A stretch of DNA of 64,000 nucleotides from an uncultured bacterium (GTDB lineage: Bacteria > Zhuqueibacterota > QNDG01 > DTFT01): contig CAVTNR010000012.1 in NCBI GenBank assembly GCA_963736115.1, forward strand, positions 160,001-224,000, in the 5' to 3' direction. This document shows, in pieces, positions 10,505 through 21,027 of this stretch. Positions within the stretch are counted from its first letter, which is position 1. Every line of letters begins with the position of its first letter. A model generated the notes under the pieces. The model was not told where the DNA came from, ran no database searches, and saw only the letters and a list, made by a program, of their open reading frames with translations. The translations under genes were made by a program, and so were the position numbers.

Positions 10505-11266
10505 TCATCGCGCCAGCCATCCCCCGTCCACTGCCACGGTATAGCCGTTCATGTAATCCGACGCCGGAGACGCGAGAAACACGCAAATCCCCTGGAGATC
10601 CGCGGGCGTGCCCCAGCGGCCGGCGGGAATCCGGTCCAGAATGGCCTTGTTCCGCTCCGGGTTCTCCCGGAGCGCTTTGGTGTTGTCCGTGGCCATGTAC
10701 CCCGGCGCGATGGCGTTGACGTTGATGCCGTGGGGCGCCAGTTCGTTGGCCATGAGCCGGGTCAGCCCCATGACGGCGCTCTTGGAGGCCGTGTACGACG
10801 GGATGAGAATGCCGCCCTGGAAGGACGTCATCGACGCCGTGTTGATGATCTTGCCGCCCCGGCCCTGACGGACCATGACCGCGGCCGCGGCCTGGCTCAG
10901 GAAGAAAAGCGCCTTCTGGTTGATCTGGATGACGTCGTCCCAGTCCTTCTCCTTGAATTCCAGAATCGGCGCCCGCCGGATGATGCCGGCGTTGTTCACC
11001 AAAATGTCGATCCGGCCGAAGGCTTCCACCGCCGCTTTCACAATCGCGGGAACCGCCTCCATGGAGGACAGGTCCGCGGAGACCGCGGCGGCACGGCGGC
11101 CCGCGGCTTCCACGGTTTTGCGGGTTTCATCGACGGGAAGCATATCGACCAGCGCGACGTCGGCGCCAGCTTCCGCGAGCGCGACGGCCATCGCCTGCCC
11201 CAGGCCCCGCGCGGCGCCCGTGACGATCGCGGCTTTTCCATCCAGCTTGAACTGATCGAGTATCAT
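10505..11266 (-). CDS. kduD: 2-dehydro-3-deoxy-D-gluconate 5-dehydrogenase
   Basis: SDR TGAARGLG, NNAGIIRR, SFQGGILIPSYTASKS, VDGGWLAR; adjacent to kduI. Confidence 0.95.
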   Translation of the reverse strand: MILDQFKLDGKAAIVTGAARGLGQAMAVALAEAGADVALVDMLPVDETRKTVEAAGRRAAAVSADLSSMEAVPAIVKAAVEAFGRIDILVNNAGIIRRAPILEFKEKDWDDVIQINQKALFFLSQAAAAVMVRQGRGGKIINTASMTSFQGGILIPSYTASKSAVMGLTRLMANELAPHGINVNAIAPGYMATDNTKALRENPERNKAILDRIPAGRWGTPADLQGICVFLASPASDYMNGYTVAVDGGWLAR

Positions 11267-11288
11267 GGCGTTTTTCCTCCGCTCGGGG

Positions 11289-12119
11289 TTACAGGAGCCG
11301 GTTCACTTCGACGGCGTCCATATCATCGAACGCCTGGTTCTCGCCGCCCATGCCCCAGACGAACGCGTACGGCCGCGTGCCGACGCCGGAATGCAGCGAC
11401 CAGCTCGGAGACAGTACCGCCTGCCGGTTGTGGACCACCAGGTGGCGCGTCTCGTGCGGGGGCCCCATGAGGTGGAAAACGGCCTGCCCTTCCGGAACGT
11501 CAAAATAGAGGTAAACCTCCATCCGGCGTCCGTGTGTGTGCGGGGGCATGGTGTTCCACACGCTGCCCTCGGCGAGCTCGGTGAAACCCATCACCAGCTG
11601 ACAGCTCGGGACGCCGTCCGGATGGATGTAGCGCCTCAGCAAGCGGCGGTTGCATTCGGCGTCCGAGCCGAGCGTCGCGGACCAGGCTTCTCCCATCCGG
11701 ACCCGGGCCGTGGGATATTCGCGGTGGGCCGGATAGCTGAGCAGGTAATACGCGGCCGGATCGGCCGGCTTGTCGCTTGCGAATACGACGTCACGGCTTC
11801 CCCGTCCGATATAGAGGCCGTCCCGGTTGTTCATCGGAAAAGTTTTTCCGTCGACCGTGACCCGGCCCGGGCCGCCGACATTGAGAATGCCGACCTCGCG
11901 CCGCTCGGCGAAGAATTCGGATCTCAGCTCCGGAGGGCAGGCCAGCGGGAGGGCCTGCTTCACCGGAACCGCGGACCCGACGATGGCGCGGTCGATGTCC
12001 GAATACACCAGCGGAATCCGGTCCGGTTCGAACAGGGAATCGACGAGAAAAGTTTTTCTCAGCTCGTCGGTTGTCATTCGCGGGAACCGTTCCGGGTCCG
12101 CGGTGTATCGCGTTTCCAT
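11289..12119 (-). CDS. kduI: 5-dehydro-4-deoxy-D-glucuronate isomerase
   Basis: METRYTAD start; ERREVGILNVGG, SCQLVMG, WNTMPPHTHGRRMEVYLYF, WGMGGENQAFDDMD. Confidence 0.95.
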   Translation of the reverse strand: METRYTADPERFPRMTTDELRKTFLVDSLFEPDRIPLVYSDIDRAIVGSAVPVKQALPLACPPELRSEFFAERREVGILNVGGPGRVTVDGKTFPMNNRDGLYIGRGSRDVVFASDKPADPAAYYLLSYPAHREYPTARVRMGEAWSATLGSDAECNRRLLRRYIHPDGVPSCQLVMGFTELAEGSVWNTMPPHTHGRRMEVYLYFDVPEGQAVFHLMGPPHETRHLVVHNRQAVLSPSWSLHSGVGTRPYAFVWGMGGENQAFDDMDAVEVNRLL

Positions 12120-12277
12120 GGCTTCTCTCCTTCGGCGGGTCTGCCGCAGTGTTCGGTGGACGTTCCGTCGGACGCGTCTCTCAGCCGCGCCCGACGGCCA
12201 CAACTTAACGAATTCAGAAACGATTATCAAGAAACAACTGTACAGGGTACGGGGATTTAATAAACCGCCGGCAGGAT

Positions 12278-12432
12278 GGGGTTGTCCAAAAAGTCGATTT
12301 TCCACGAATACCGCTCGCCGAGCCGTTCGCTTCGCTCAGGATAAACTCCGTCGAGGCGAGATGTATACCCGTCACTGTGCGCCCTTCGATTTCGCTCAAG
12401 GCGCGCATGATTTCGACTTTTTGGACAACTCC
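12278..12432. mobile_element. MITE-like element (~155 bp) with terminal inverted repeats
   Basis: GTTGTCCAAAAAGTCGA (12281-12297) and its exact reverse complement (12413-12429); internal TTCGCTCA(G/A)G motifs; non-coding. Confidence 0.6.
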
Positions 12433-12631
12433 GTGGACCGGATCAAACCGATCCATTTGCGTGCGTGTCCGTGCGGATCCGCGGTTTTCTTGTCCCAAAA
12501 AAGAAAAGGACCCGGTTTGTTCTCCCCCCAGATTTCACTTTTATTTTTCCTCTTTTACCGGTATTTTATCCGGTCCCGGACCCGGTTCGCGAGAACCTGG
12601 ATCCGCCACCCGCATTCCCAAGGAGGTCCCA

Positions 12632-13945
12632 ATGCCCGCATTGGTCGATTCCGCCGGCGCCTTTCACCCCTCGGGCCGGCCGTACCGGTTCACCATTCTG
12701 GCCTTCGTCGCTCTTTTGACTTTCGGCTGTTACTTCGCATATGACATCATCGGCGCGGTCGCGCCCAGCCTCGTCGAACAGCTCGGCGCGAGCCGGGGAA
12801 CCGTCGGCACCCTGTACACGATGTACAGCGTGGCCGCCATTCTGTCCGTGCTCGTCGGCGGCATTCTGATCGACCGGCTGGGAACCCGGCTCGCCAGCAT
12901 GATCTTTTCCACTCTGGTTCTGGCGGGCGCGGTCATCGTGGCGGCCGCGGACAGCATTCCGGTCCTCTTTCTCGGACGTTTTGTGTTCGGCGCGGGCTCC
13001 GAACCCCTCATCGTCGCCCAGATGGCCATGGTGTCCAAATGGTTCAGGGGCAAGGAACTGGCGTTCGCCTTCGGCGTGACGCTGACCGTCAGCCGGCTGG
13101 GCACGCTGTTCAGCTTCAATACCGGCGAACTCATCGCCGAACGGTTCGGCGGGGTCCGCGCCGCGCTCATCGCGGCCGTCGCATTCTGCCTGCTGTCCCT
13201 GCTCGCGAATCTCGTGTACATATGGATGGATCGTCGCGGAGAGAAGATCCTGCGCCTGCGGGAAACGGCATCCGGTGATAAAATCGTACTCCGCAACATA
13301 CGGTCGTTCGGACCCGCATTCTGGTACGTGACATTGCTCTGCGTCACCTTCTATTCGGCGATTTTCCCGTTCACGGCCCTGTCCACGGACTTCTTCGTGG
13401 ACAAATGGGGCGTGGCGCGCGTGGCGGAATCGAGCGGCGGCTTTCTCCGTCAGGTCTTCGGTAACTTCCTCCACATGTCGGGAACCGCGGGCGGCCTGTC
13501 GTCCATTGTCATATTCGCGTCCATGATCTGCGCGCCTTTCGCCGGTCACCTGGTGGACCGGATCGGCAGGCGGGCCTCCCTGATGATTCTCGGTTCACTG
13601 CTCCTGATCCCCGCGCATCTGGTCATGGGCTTGACGAACCTCTACCCCGTCGCCCCCATGATTCTGCTGGGCGTCGCTTTCGTGCTGATCCCGGCGGCCA
13701 TGTGGCCGTCCATCCCCCTCCTCGTGCGCAAGGAGACGGTCGGCACGGCCTACGGGCTCATGACCATGATCCAGAATATCGGTCTCGCTCTCTTCCCGGC
13801 CCTGAACGGCGCTCTGCGCGATTCAACCCGGTCGTACACGGCCAGTCAGATCATGTTCGCATGCCTGGGCCTGTTCGGCCTCGTCTTCGCGCTCCTGCTC
13901 AGGCGGGCGGACCGGAGCCGGGGCCGCGTACTTGAAAATCCGTAG
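12632..13945 (+). CDS. MFS transporter (MFSD1-like)
   Basis: AAGGAGG before ATG 12632; about 12 hydrophobic helices; GILIDRLGTR and GHLVDRIGRR motifs; LTFGCYFAYD. Confidence 0.88.
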   Translation: MPALVDSAGAFHPSGRPYRFTILAFVALLTFGCYFAYDIIGAVAPSLVEQLGASRGTVGTLYTMYSVAAILSVLVGGILIDRLGTRLASMIFSTLVLAGAVIVAAADSIPVLFLGRFVFGAGSEPLIVAQMAMVSKWFRGKELAFAFGVTLTVSRLGTLFSFNTGELIAERFGGVRAALIAAVAFCLLSLLANLVYIWMDRRGEKILRLRETASGDKIVLRNIRSFGPAFWYVTLLCVTFYSAIFPFTALSTDFFVDKWGVARVAESSGGFLRQVFGNFLHMSGTAGGLSSIVIFASMICAPFAGHLVDRIGRRASLMILGSLLLIPAHLVMGLTNLYPVAPMILLGVAFVLIPAAMWPSIPLLVRKETVGTAYGLMTMIQNIGLALFPALNGALRDSTRSYTASQIMFACLGLFGLVFALLLRRADRSRGRVLENP

Positions 13946-14053
13946 GGAAGCGGGAACCGGCCGGCTTTCAGGTCGTTCATAGGGGAAGCACCGGGAGGCG
14001 GCGATGGACGAGCCGGCCGGCCGGAATCGGTTCACCCATCAAGGAGTGACAAC

Positions 14054-15004
14054 ATGAAAAAAACCGCGCTCTGGACCGCGGCCGTTCTGTTTTTAATCTC
14101 AACGGCTTGTTCCAAACCCCCGAACTGGTCCGACAATTTCGACCAGTCCCTGGCCCTGGCCGGATCATCGGGTAAAGTTCTGTTGATCAATTTCACCGGG
14201 TCAGACTGGTGTTCCTGGTGCATCAAGATGGAAAAGGAAGTATTCAGCCAGAAGGCTTTTCAGGACTTCGCTTCCTCCGACCTGGTGCTGATGAAAGCGG
14301 ACTTTCCGAAAACGAAAAAACTGGCCGAAAGCGTCAAATCGCAGAACCAGGCGCTCGCGAACCGGTTCGGCGTACAGGGTTTCCCGACCCTCGTGCTCCT
14401 GAACGGCAAGGGGGAGACAATCGCGCTAACGGGATACCAGGAAGGCGGAGCGGAAGCCTATGTCCTTCATTTGAAGTCCCTTCTCGCTTCGAAGCCTGTT
14501 GCACCGAAACCCGCGACTCCAACCGCCGCCGAACCGGCCTCCGGTGAGCCCAAGGCCGCCGAGTCTCAGGCTCCCAAGGCCAAAGCCTCCAAGCCTCAGG
14601 CTCCCAAAACCACGGCCCCGGAACCCAAGGCCTCCGGCTGGACACAGAACTACGACCAGGCCCTGGCCGAGGCGAAAAAAACCGGTAAAATTCTGCTCAT
14701 TGACTTCACCGGATCGGACTGGTGCCCCTGGTGCATCAAGCTGGACCAGGAGGTTTTCAGGCAGAAGGCTTTCAAGGACTTCGCGGATGCCAACCTGGTG
14801 CTGATGATGGCGGACTTCCCGAGATCTAAAAAAATTCCGGAAAACCTCCAATCGCAGAACCAGACCCTGGCGGAGCGGTTCGGCGTGCAGGGATTCCCGA
14901 CCGTCATCCTCCTGAAAAGCGACGGATCCAAAATCGGACAGACGGGATACCAGCCGGGCGGCGCCGAGGCCTATGTCCGGCATCTCCGGGAACTGATCAA
15001 ATAG
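14054..15004 (+). CDS. Tandem thioredoxin-family lipoprotein
   Basis: LISTAC lipobox; FTGSDWCSWC and FTGSDWCPWC domains with GFPT cis-Pro loops; P/A/K-rich linker. Confidence 0.88.
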   Translation: MKKTALWTAAVLFLISTACSKPPNWSDNFDQSLALAGSSGKVLLINFTGSDWCSWCIKMEKEVFSQKAFQDFASSDLVLMKADFPKTKKLAESVKSQNQALANRFGVQGFPTLVLLNGKGETIALTGYQEGGAEAYVLHLKSLLASKPVAPKPATPTAAEPASGEPKAAESQAPKAKASKPQAPKTTAPEPKASGWTQNYDQALAEAKKTGKILLIDFTGSDWCPWCIKLDQEVFRQKAFKDFADANLVLMMADFPRSKKIPENLQSQNQTLAERFGVQGFPTVILLKSDGSKIGQTGYQPGGAEAYVRHLRELIK

Positions 15005-15029
15005 TATCCACTGACCAATGAGATTTTCC

Positions 15030-15058
15030 GCAGGGGCGACGCGACGCGTCGCCCCTGC
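15030..15058. repeat. REP-like palindrome
   Basis: GCAGGGGCGACGCG-A-CGCGTCGCCCCTGC. Confidence 0.65.
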
Positions 15059-15231
15059 AACAGCAATCCCGATCGTATACACCTGCACGTCCTACCGCAT
15101 GAACGACGCACCGTGAAGGCGCGTCGCTCATGCTTTTTTCGAAATCGCGTCTCCCCCCATATAACCATTTGATTTTCAGCCGTTTTTTGCCTATTTTAAA
15201 TGGTTTGACTCACCAACCTCATCGGAATTCC

Positions 15232-16668
15232 ATGACTCTTCCGGAAAAACCGGATCGCACGGACGAAATGCTTCAGGCCGTCGGAGCCGTCGCGGTAGAG
15301 ACCGGTGTGCCGGTCTACGCCGTGGGTGGAGCCGTACGCGACCGCCTGCTCGGCCGCCCCGTTCTGGAAATCGACTTCGTGGTTACCGGAAAAGCGGACG
15401 CGCCCGCATTCGCGGAAACAGCCAGGCGCAGGCTCGGAGGCACCGGATACATGGTGTTCGAGCGGTTCGGGACCTGCTCCTTCCTCGTCGAGCCCTACAA
15501 GCTGGAATTCGCCGGCGCCCGCAGGGAGTCCTACCGGCCGGATTCGCGCAAGCCCGATGTGCGGGCGGCGGATCTGTCCGAGGACCTGGCGAGAAGGGAT
15601 TTCACGGTCAACGCCATGGCCATGGGAATCCGGAAGTCCGATTTCGGCGACCTCATCGACCCCTTTGACGGCCGCTCCGACCTCGCCGGCCGCCTCCTCC
15701 GCACACCGCTCGACCCCCTGGCAACGTTCTCCGACGACCCACTGCGCATCCTCCGCGCCGCCCGTTTCGCGGGCCAACTGGGATTCCACATCCACCCGGA
15801 TACATTCGCGGCCATGCGTGCGGACCGGGAGCGCATCCGTATCGTGTCGCAGGAACGCCTCTCGGATGAAATCCTGAAAATGCTGTCCCAGCCCGTGCCG
15901 TCCGTCGGCCTGCGTATCCTGCAGGAAACCGGCGTTCTGGAGATCGTGTTCCCCGAACTGTCCGCCCTGACCGGCGTGGAACAGCGCGACGACTTTCACC
16001 ACAAGGACGTGTTCGAACATACCCTGAAGGTCGTGGACAACATCGCCCGGATGACCGACAAACCCATGCTCCGGTTCCTCGCGTTGATCCACGACATCGG
16101 CAAACCCCAGGTCAAGCGTTTCGTCGACGGCGTGGGCTGGACCTTCCACAACCACGAGAACATCGGCGAACGCATGCTGAAGCGGGTCTGCAGCCGGCTG
16201 AAACTGCCCAATGAATATCTGAAATACAGCCGGAAACTCACGGCGCTCCACATGCGGCCCATTCAGCTCATCGGCGGCGATGTGACGGATTCAGCCATCC
16301 GCAGGCTTCTCTTTCAGGCCGGCGACGACATCGATGACCTCATGATCCTGTGCCGCGCGGATATCACATCCGGCAACCCCAGGCGGGCCGAAAAACATCT
16401 GAACAATTTCGACGAAGTGACCGAACGGATGCGTGAAGTCGAGGAGAAGGACCGGATGCGGGCCTTCCAGTCCCCGGTGCGCGGCGAGGAAATCATGGAA
16501 CTGTGCGGCATCGAACCGGGACCGGCCGTCGGGCGCCTGAAAACGGCCATCGAAGAGGCCATTCTCGACGGCCTGATTCCAAACGAACACGATGCGGCGA
16601 GGGATTACCTCTTGAAAATAAAGGAACAAGCGCTCGTGGATCCGCCGGTTCACGCCGAAAATCAGTGA
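15232..16668 (+). CDS. CCA tRNA nucleotidyltransferase / poly(A) polymerase family protein with HD domain
   Basis: VGGAVRD, EDLARRDFTVNAMA, FSDDPLRILRAARF, VSQERL, HHKDVFEHT, LIHDIGKP; start uncertain (15232 or 15268). Confidence 0.9.
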   Translation: MTLPEKPDRTDEMLQAVGAVAVETGVPVYAVGGAVRDRLLGRPVLEIDFVVTGKADAPAFAETARRRLGGTGYMVFERFGTCSFLVEPYKLEFAGARRESYRPDSRKPDVRAADLSEDLARRDFTVNAMAMGIRKSDFGDLIDPFDGRSDLAGRLLRTPLDPLATFSDDPLRILRAARFAGQLGFHIHPDTFAAMRADRERIRIVSQERLSDEILKMLSQPVPSVGLRILQETGVLEIVFPELSALTGVEQRDDFHHKDVFEHTLKVVDNIARMTDKPMLRFLALIHDIGKPQVKRFVDGVGWTFHNHENIGERMLKRVCSRLKLPNEYLKYSRKLTALHMRPIQLIGGDVTDSAIRRLLFQAGDDIDDLMILCRADITSGNPRRAEKHLNNFDEVTERMREVEEKDRMRAFQSPVRGEEIMELCGIEPGPAVGRLKTAIEEAILDGLIPNEHDAARDYLLKIKEQALVDPPVHAENQ

Positions 16669-16786
16669 AACAATTTCATTCAGATTCCGTCTATCAATAG
16701 GACATCCCGCCGGCCGGCCGGCGACCGTTGCGACCGCAGGGCGGTGGCGACGCGGGGTGTTACAGAACAGGGAAAAGGAGGAAATC

Positions 16787-17491
16787 ATGGAAGCGAAGAA
16801 GGAAATGGGCTTTTTCGAGAAACTGGCCGGCATTTTCATTTCGCCGCGGGAGACCTTCGAGACTCTTGACCGCAAACCCACCTGGCTTGTGCCGTTCCTC
16901 ATCATCACCGCGGTTGTGCTGGTGATGACCGTCCTGACCCGCGACATCGGCATGCAGGACATGATGGCCCGCTTCGAAGCGAGCGACATGCCGCAGGAGC
17001 AGATCGACCGGATCGTCGAACAGTCCCAGGGCCCCGTCCGGTATATCCAGATGGCGGCCATCCCCCTGTTCATGATCGCCGCCTGGTGCTTTTTCGCCGG
17101 CATCCTGCTGTTCACCGGCAACACCATTCTGGGCGGGAAATCGACGTTCAAGAAAATGCTGTCCATGGTCTCGTGGGCCAGCCTGATCGGCGTGCTCTCC
17201 TCCGTCATTCACACGGCATTGATCATCACCAAGGGGACCACCCAGGGCGTCACCACCAGCCTCGCCCTGCTCCTCGCGGATCCGGAACCCGGGGCCAAGC
17301 CCTCTTTCCTCTTCCGCCTGCTTTCCAAGTTTGATGTTTTCACGATTTGGGAGATGGTCCTGTGGGCCATCGGAACGTCCGTCCTGTACCGGTTCAGCAT
17401 GAAAAAATCAGCCGGCATGGTGGCGGTGCTTTGGGTGTTGTGGGTCATTATCAGCGTGACTGTGGGCGGACTCTTCCATTTCGGCATGTAG
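16787..17491 (+). CDS. Yip1-family membrane protein (YknW-like)
   Basis: AGGAGG RBS; IFISPRETFETL..KPTWLVP; about 5 TM segments. Confidence 0.8.
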   Translation: MEAKKEMGFFEKLAGIFISPRETFETLDRKPTWLVPFLIITAVVLVMTVLTRDIGMQDMMARFEASDMPQEQIDRIVEQSQGPVRYIQMAAIPLFMIAAWCFFAGILLFTGNTILGGKSTFKKMLSMVSWASLIGVLSSVIHTALIITKGTTQGVTTSLALLLADPEPGAKPSFLFRLLSKFDVFTIWEMVLWAIGTSVLYRFSMKKSAGMVAVLWVLWVIISVTVGGLFHFGM

Positions 17492-17523
17492 CCCGGCCGC
17501 GTTCATTTAAGAAAGGATTCGGC

Positions 17524-18846
17524 ATGAAGCTTCGGATGGGATGGATACTCGGGGCATTGCTCCCCGTTGCGCTCCTCGCGCAGGGCGAGGAGACGCTGAC
17601 CCTGGACCAGTGCAAGGACATCGCCCTGAACCGGAACTCCGAACTGGTGCAGAGCCGGCTCCAGCTCAAGATGACCGCGCGGGACGAGATTTCGGCTTTC
17701 TCGAATTTACTACCGACGGTGAGCGGCTCCATGGGATACAACCATTCGGTGGCGGGCCCATCCTCCGCGCTGCGCATCGATCCCCAGTCGGGCATTCTCG
17801 TGCCGGTGCGCGACCAGATGGTCAAGTCCTGGTCATCCAGCGTCGGCCTGAACGCCCAGCAGATGCTGTTCAACGGAAGTACCATATTCGGGTTCGCCCA
17901 GGCGGCCCACCTGAAGGGCAGCGCCGTCGCCTCGGCGGACGCAACGCGGCAATCGGTCATTCTGCAGGTGATGGAAGCCTATCACACCCTGCTGAAAAAG
18001 GAAAGACTTCTCCAGGCGCAGGAGGAGACGCTCAAGCAGTGGGAAGAGTCGTACAAGCGCTACGAGACCCTGTATCAGGTCGGCAAAGTGCCCAAGTCGG
18101 ACGTGCTCAAGGCCAAGGTTCAGCTCGAAAACGCGCGGCTGGCCCTGATCCAGGCCCAAAGCGACCTCACCATGGCCGGCGCCGGCCTGAACCATGTGCT
18201 GGGCCTTTCAGTGGACCGGAAGATCAAGGCCCTGGACAATCTGACGCCCGTGGAAGAGCTCCCTCTCTATGAGACGGCGCTTGAAAAGGCGCTGGCCTCC
18301 CATCCGGCTCTGCGCAAGAGCCGCTCGGACGTCAAGGCGTCGAAGGCGGCCATGCTCTCCACGTCAAGCCGGTTTCTGCCCTCCCTGTACGGAAACGCCG
18401 GCTACTCCTGGAACAACGAGAATTTCGATCAGGTGGAGAACATGCTCGACACGGATTACAACTGGTACATGGGCGTGAGTCTCTCCCTCCCGATCTTCCA
18501 GGGGTTTTCGAGGCTCGCCAATGTCAGCCGGTCGCACCTGCAGGTTCAGTCGGTCCGGGAGTCGCTCGCCCAGAATGAGCGCGACGTGGCCCTGTCCCTG
18601 CACCAGGCCTATGCGTCGGTCCAGCTCGCCCGGCAGCAGATGGCGGTCACAAAAGACTCCGAAGCCGCGGCGGAAGAGGACCTGCGCCTCAACCAGGAGA
18701 AGTACGACCTCGGATCAGGCACCATGCTCGAGCTGATCACGTCCCAGGCGGCCTTCACCACGGCGCGGAACGGCGCCATTCAGGCCCGATACGATTACAT
18801 GACGGCGGTGGCCCAGCTGCAGAAGGCCATGGGCGTCCTGAACTGA
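17524..18846 (+). CDS. TolC-family outer membrane efflux protein
   Basis: LTLDQCKDIALNRN; LSLPIFQG; YDLGSGTMLEL; AQLQKAMG. Confidence 0.9.
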   Translation: MKLRMGWILGALLPVALLAQGEETLTLDQCKDIALNRNSELVQSRLQLKMTARDEISAFSNLLPTVSGSMGYNHSVAGPSSALRIDPQSGILVPVRDQMVKSWSSSVGLNAQQMLFNGSTIFGFAQAAHLKGSAVASADATRQSVILQVMEAYHTLLKKERLLQAQEETLKQWEESYKRYETLYQVGKVPKSDVLKAKVQLENARLALIQAQSDLTMAGAGLNHVLGLSVDRKIKALDNLTPVEELPLYETALEKALASHPALRKSRSDVKASKAAMLSTSSRFLPSLYGNAGYSWNNENFDQVENMLDTDYNWYMGVSLSLPIFQGFSRLANVSRSHLQVQSVRESLAQNERDVALSLHQAYASVQLARQQMAVTKDSEAAAEEDLRLNQEKYDLGSGTMLELITSQAAFTTARNGAIQARYDYMTAVAQLQKAMGVLN

Positions 18847-18876
18847 CCCAAGCCAATCAACAGGAGAAAAACGATA

Positions 18877-20217
18877 ATGGATAAATCCAAACAGAAACGC
18901 CTGATTCTCTTCGCGGGCCTGCTCGTGGCCATTGTCCTGCTGCTGCTGTGCGCCAATATGAAGCGGCGCGGGGGCAAGCTGACCGTGCAGACTGAAAAGG
19001 CCGTCAAGGGCCGAGTGGTGGCCTCCGTTTCGGGTTCGGCAAAAATCCAGCCCGAGGTCCAGGTGAAAATTTCCGCCAAAGTGAGCGGCCAGATCCTGAG
19101 AATCGGAGTGCTGGAAGGCGATCGCGTGAAACGGAACCAGTTCCTGGTCCAGCTCGATTCCGAGATCTACAAGGCGTCGGTCGAGCAGAGCGAATCGAGC
19201 GTCAAGGGCGCGCACGCGAATTTCGAAAAGGCGGAAAACGATTACCAGCGGGTCCGGAAGCTGTTCGATTCGAACCTCGCCTCCGCCTCCGAGCTTGAGA
19301 TCGCCAAGGCCACGTACAAGCAGGCCGAGGCCCAGGTCGAACAGGCCGAGGCCATGCTGAAGCAGGCCAAAGACGACCTCTCGAAAACCTCGATCTACTC
19401 GCCCATGGACGGCGTCGTGAGCCAGGTCAACAAGAAGGCCGGCGAAATGGCCATGGGGTCGGGCTTCACGCTCGACATCATCATGGTCGTCGCGGATCTC
19501 TCGAAGATGCTCGCCGAGACCGACATCGACGAAAATGACGTGGTCTCGGTGTCGCTCGGGGATTCCTCGAAAATCTCCGTGGACGCGTATCCGGACACGG
19601 TGTTCCGCGGCATGGTGAAGGAGATCGCCAACACCGGCACCACGACCGGAACGGGCACGCAGGAGGAAACGACCAACTTTCTGGTCAAGGTCGCGATGAT
19701 CGACAAACCGGAGACGATCAGGCCCAGCATGTCGGCGACCGTTGACATCATCACCGAATCCAAAGACAGCGTCATCACGGTCCCGATCCAGTGCGTCACC
19801 GCCCGGCCGCCGCTGAAGCCGAAGCCCGATCCCAAAGCCGCCGCCAAGGCCCGGGCCGAGAGGAAAAAGGCCGAAGCCGCCGCGAAAAAGGAAGGCAAGG
19901 CGAAGGCCGATTCCGGAGCGAAAGCCGAAGCCCCGCCCGCTCCGGCCGCAAAACCCCAAGCAAAGGACGCGAAGGACGAAAAGCCGGTCAAATGCGTGTT
20001 CGTGGTCAAGGACGGGATCGCCCGTCAGGTCGCGGTGGAAACGGGCATTTCGTCAGACACTCAGATCGAGATCGTGAAGGGCCTCTCGGAAGGGGATGTG
20101 CTGGTCAGCGGCTCCTACCGCATCCTCTCCAAGCAGCTCAAGGACGGGGATAAAGTTTCCGTCTCCAAGACCGGTAAAAAGGCGTCCGGGGACGAAAATG
20201 CCGAGGAGGAACGCTAG
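18877..20217 (+). CDS. Periplasmic adaptor (MacA/YknX-like)
   Basis: ISAKVSGQI...EGDRVK, IYSPMDGVV, IDENDV, VETGIS; K/A/P-rich insertion. Confidence 0.9.
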   Translation: MDKSKQKRLILFAGLLVAIVLLLLCANMKRRGGKLTVQTEKAVKGRVVASVSGSAKIQPEVQVKISAKVSGQILRIGVLEGDRVKRNQFLVQLDSEIYKASVEQSESSVKGAHANFEKAENDYQRVRKLFDSNLASASELEIAKATYKQAEAQVEQAEAMLKQAKDDLSKTSIYSPMDGVVSQVNKKAGEMAMGSGFTLDIIMVVADLSKMLAETDIDENDVVSVSLGDSSKISVDAYPDTVFRGMVKEIANTGTTTGTGTQEETTNFLVKVAMIDKPETIRPSMSATVDIITESKDSVITVPIQCVTARPPLKPKPDPKAAAKARAERKKAEAAAKKEGKAKADSGAKAEAPPAPAAKPQAKDAKDEKPVKCVFVVKDGIARQVAVETGISSDTQIEIVKGLSEGDVLVSGSYRILSKQLKDGDKVSVSKTGKKASGDENAEEER

Positions 20218-20348
20218 TCGGCCGGCGCGCCGGCTTCCGTCCGCGTCACAATTCGGGATGGAAAAGCCCGACGGGCCTTCAATCAATAATATAGAATAGC
20301 TTGGTCCCGCCCTGCGAAAGGCGGCTCTCAACCGGAGGAAAGACGCAC

Positions 20349-21026
<678 letters not shown>

Positions 21027-21027
21027 C

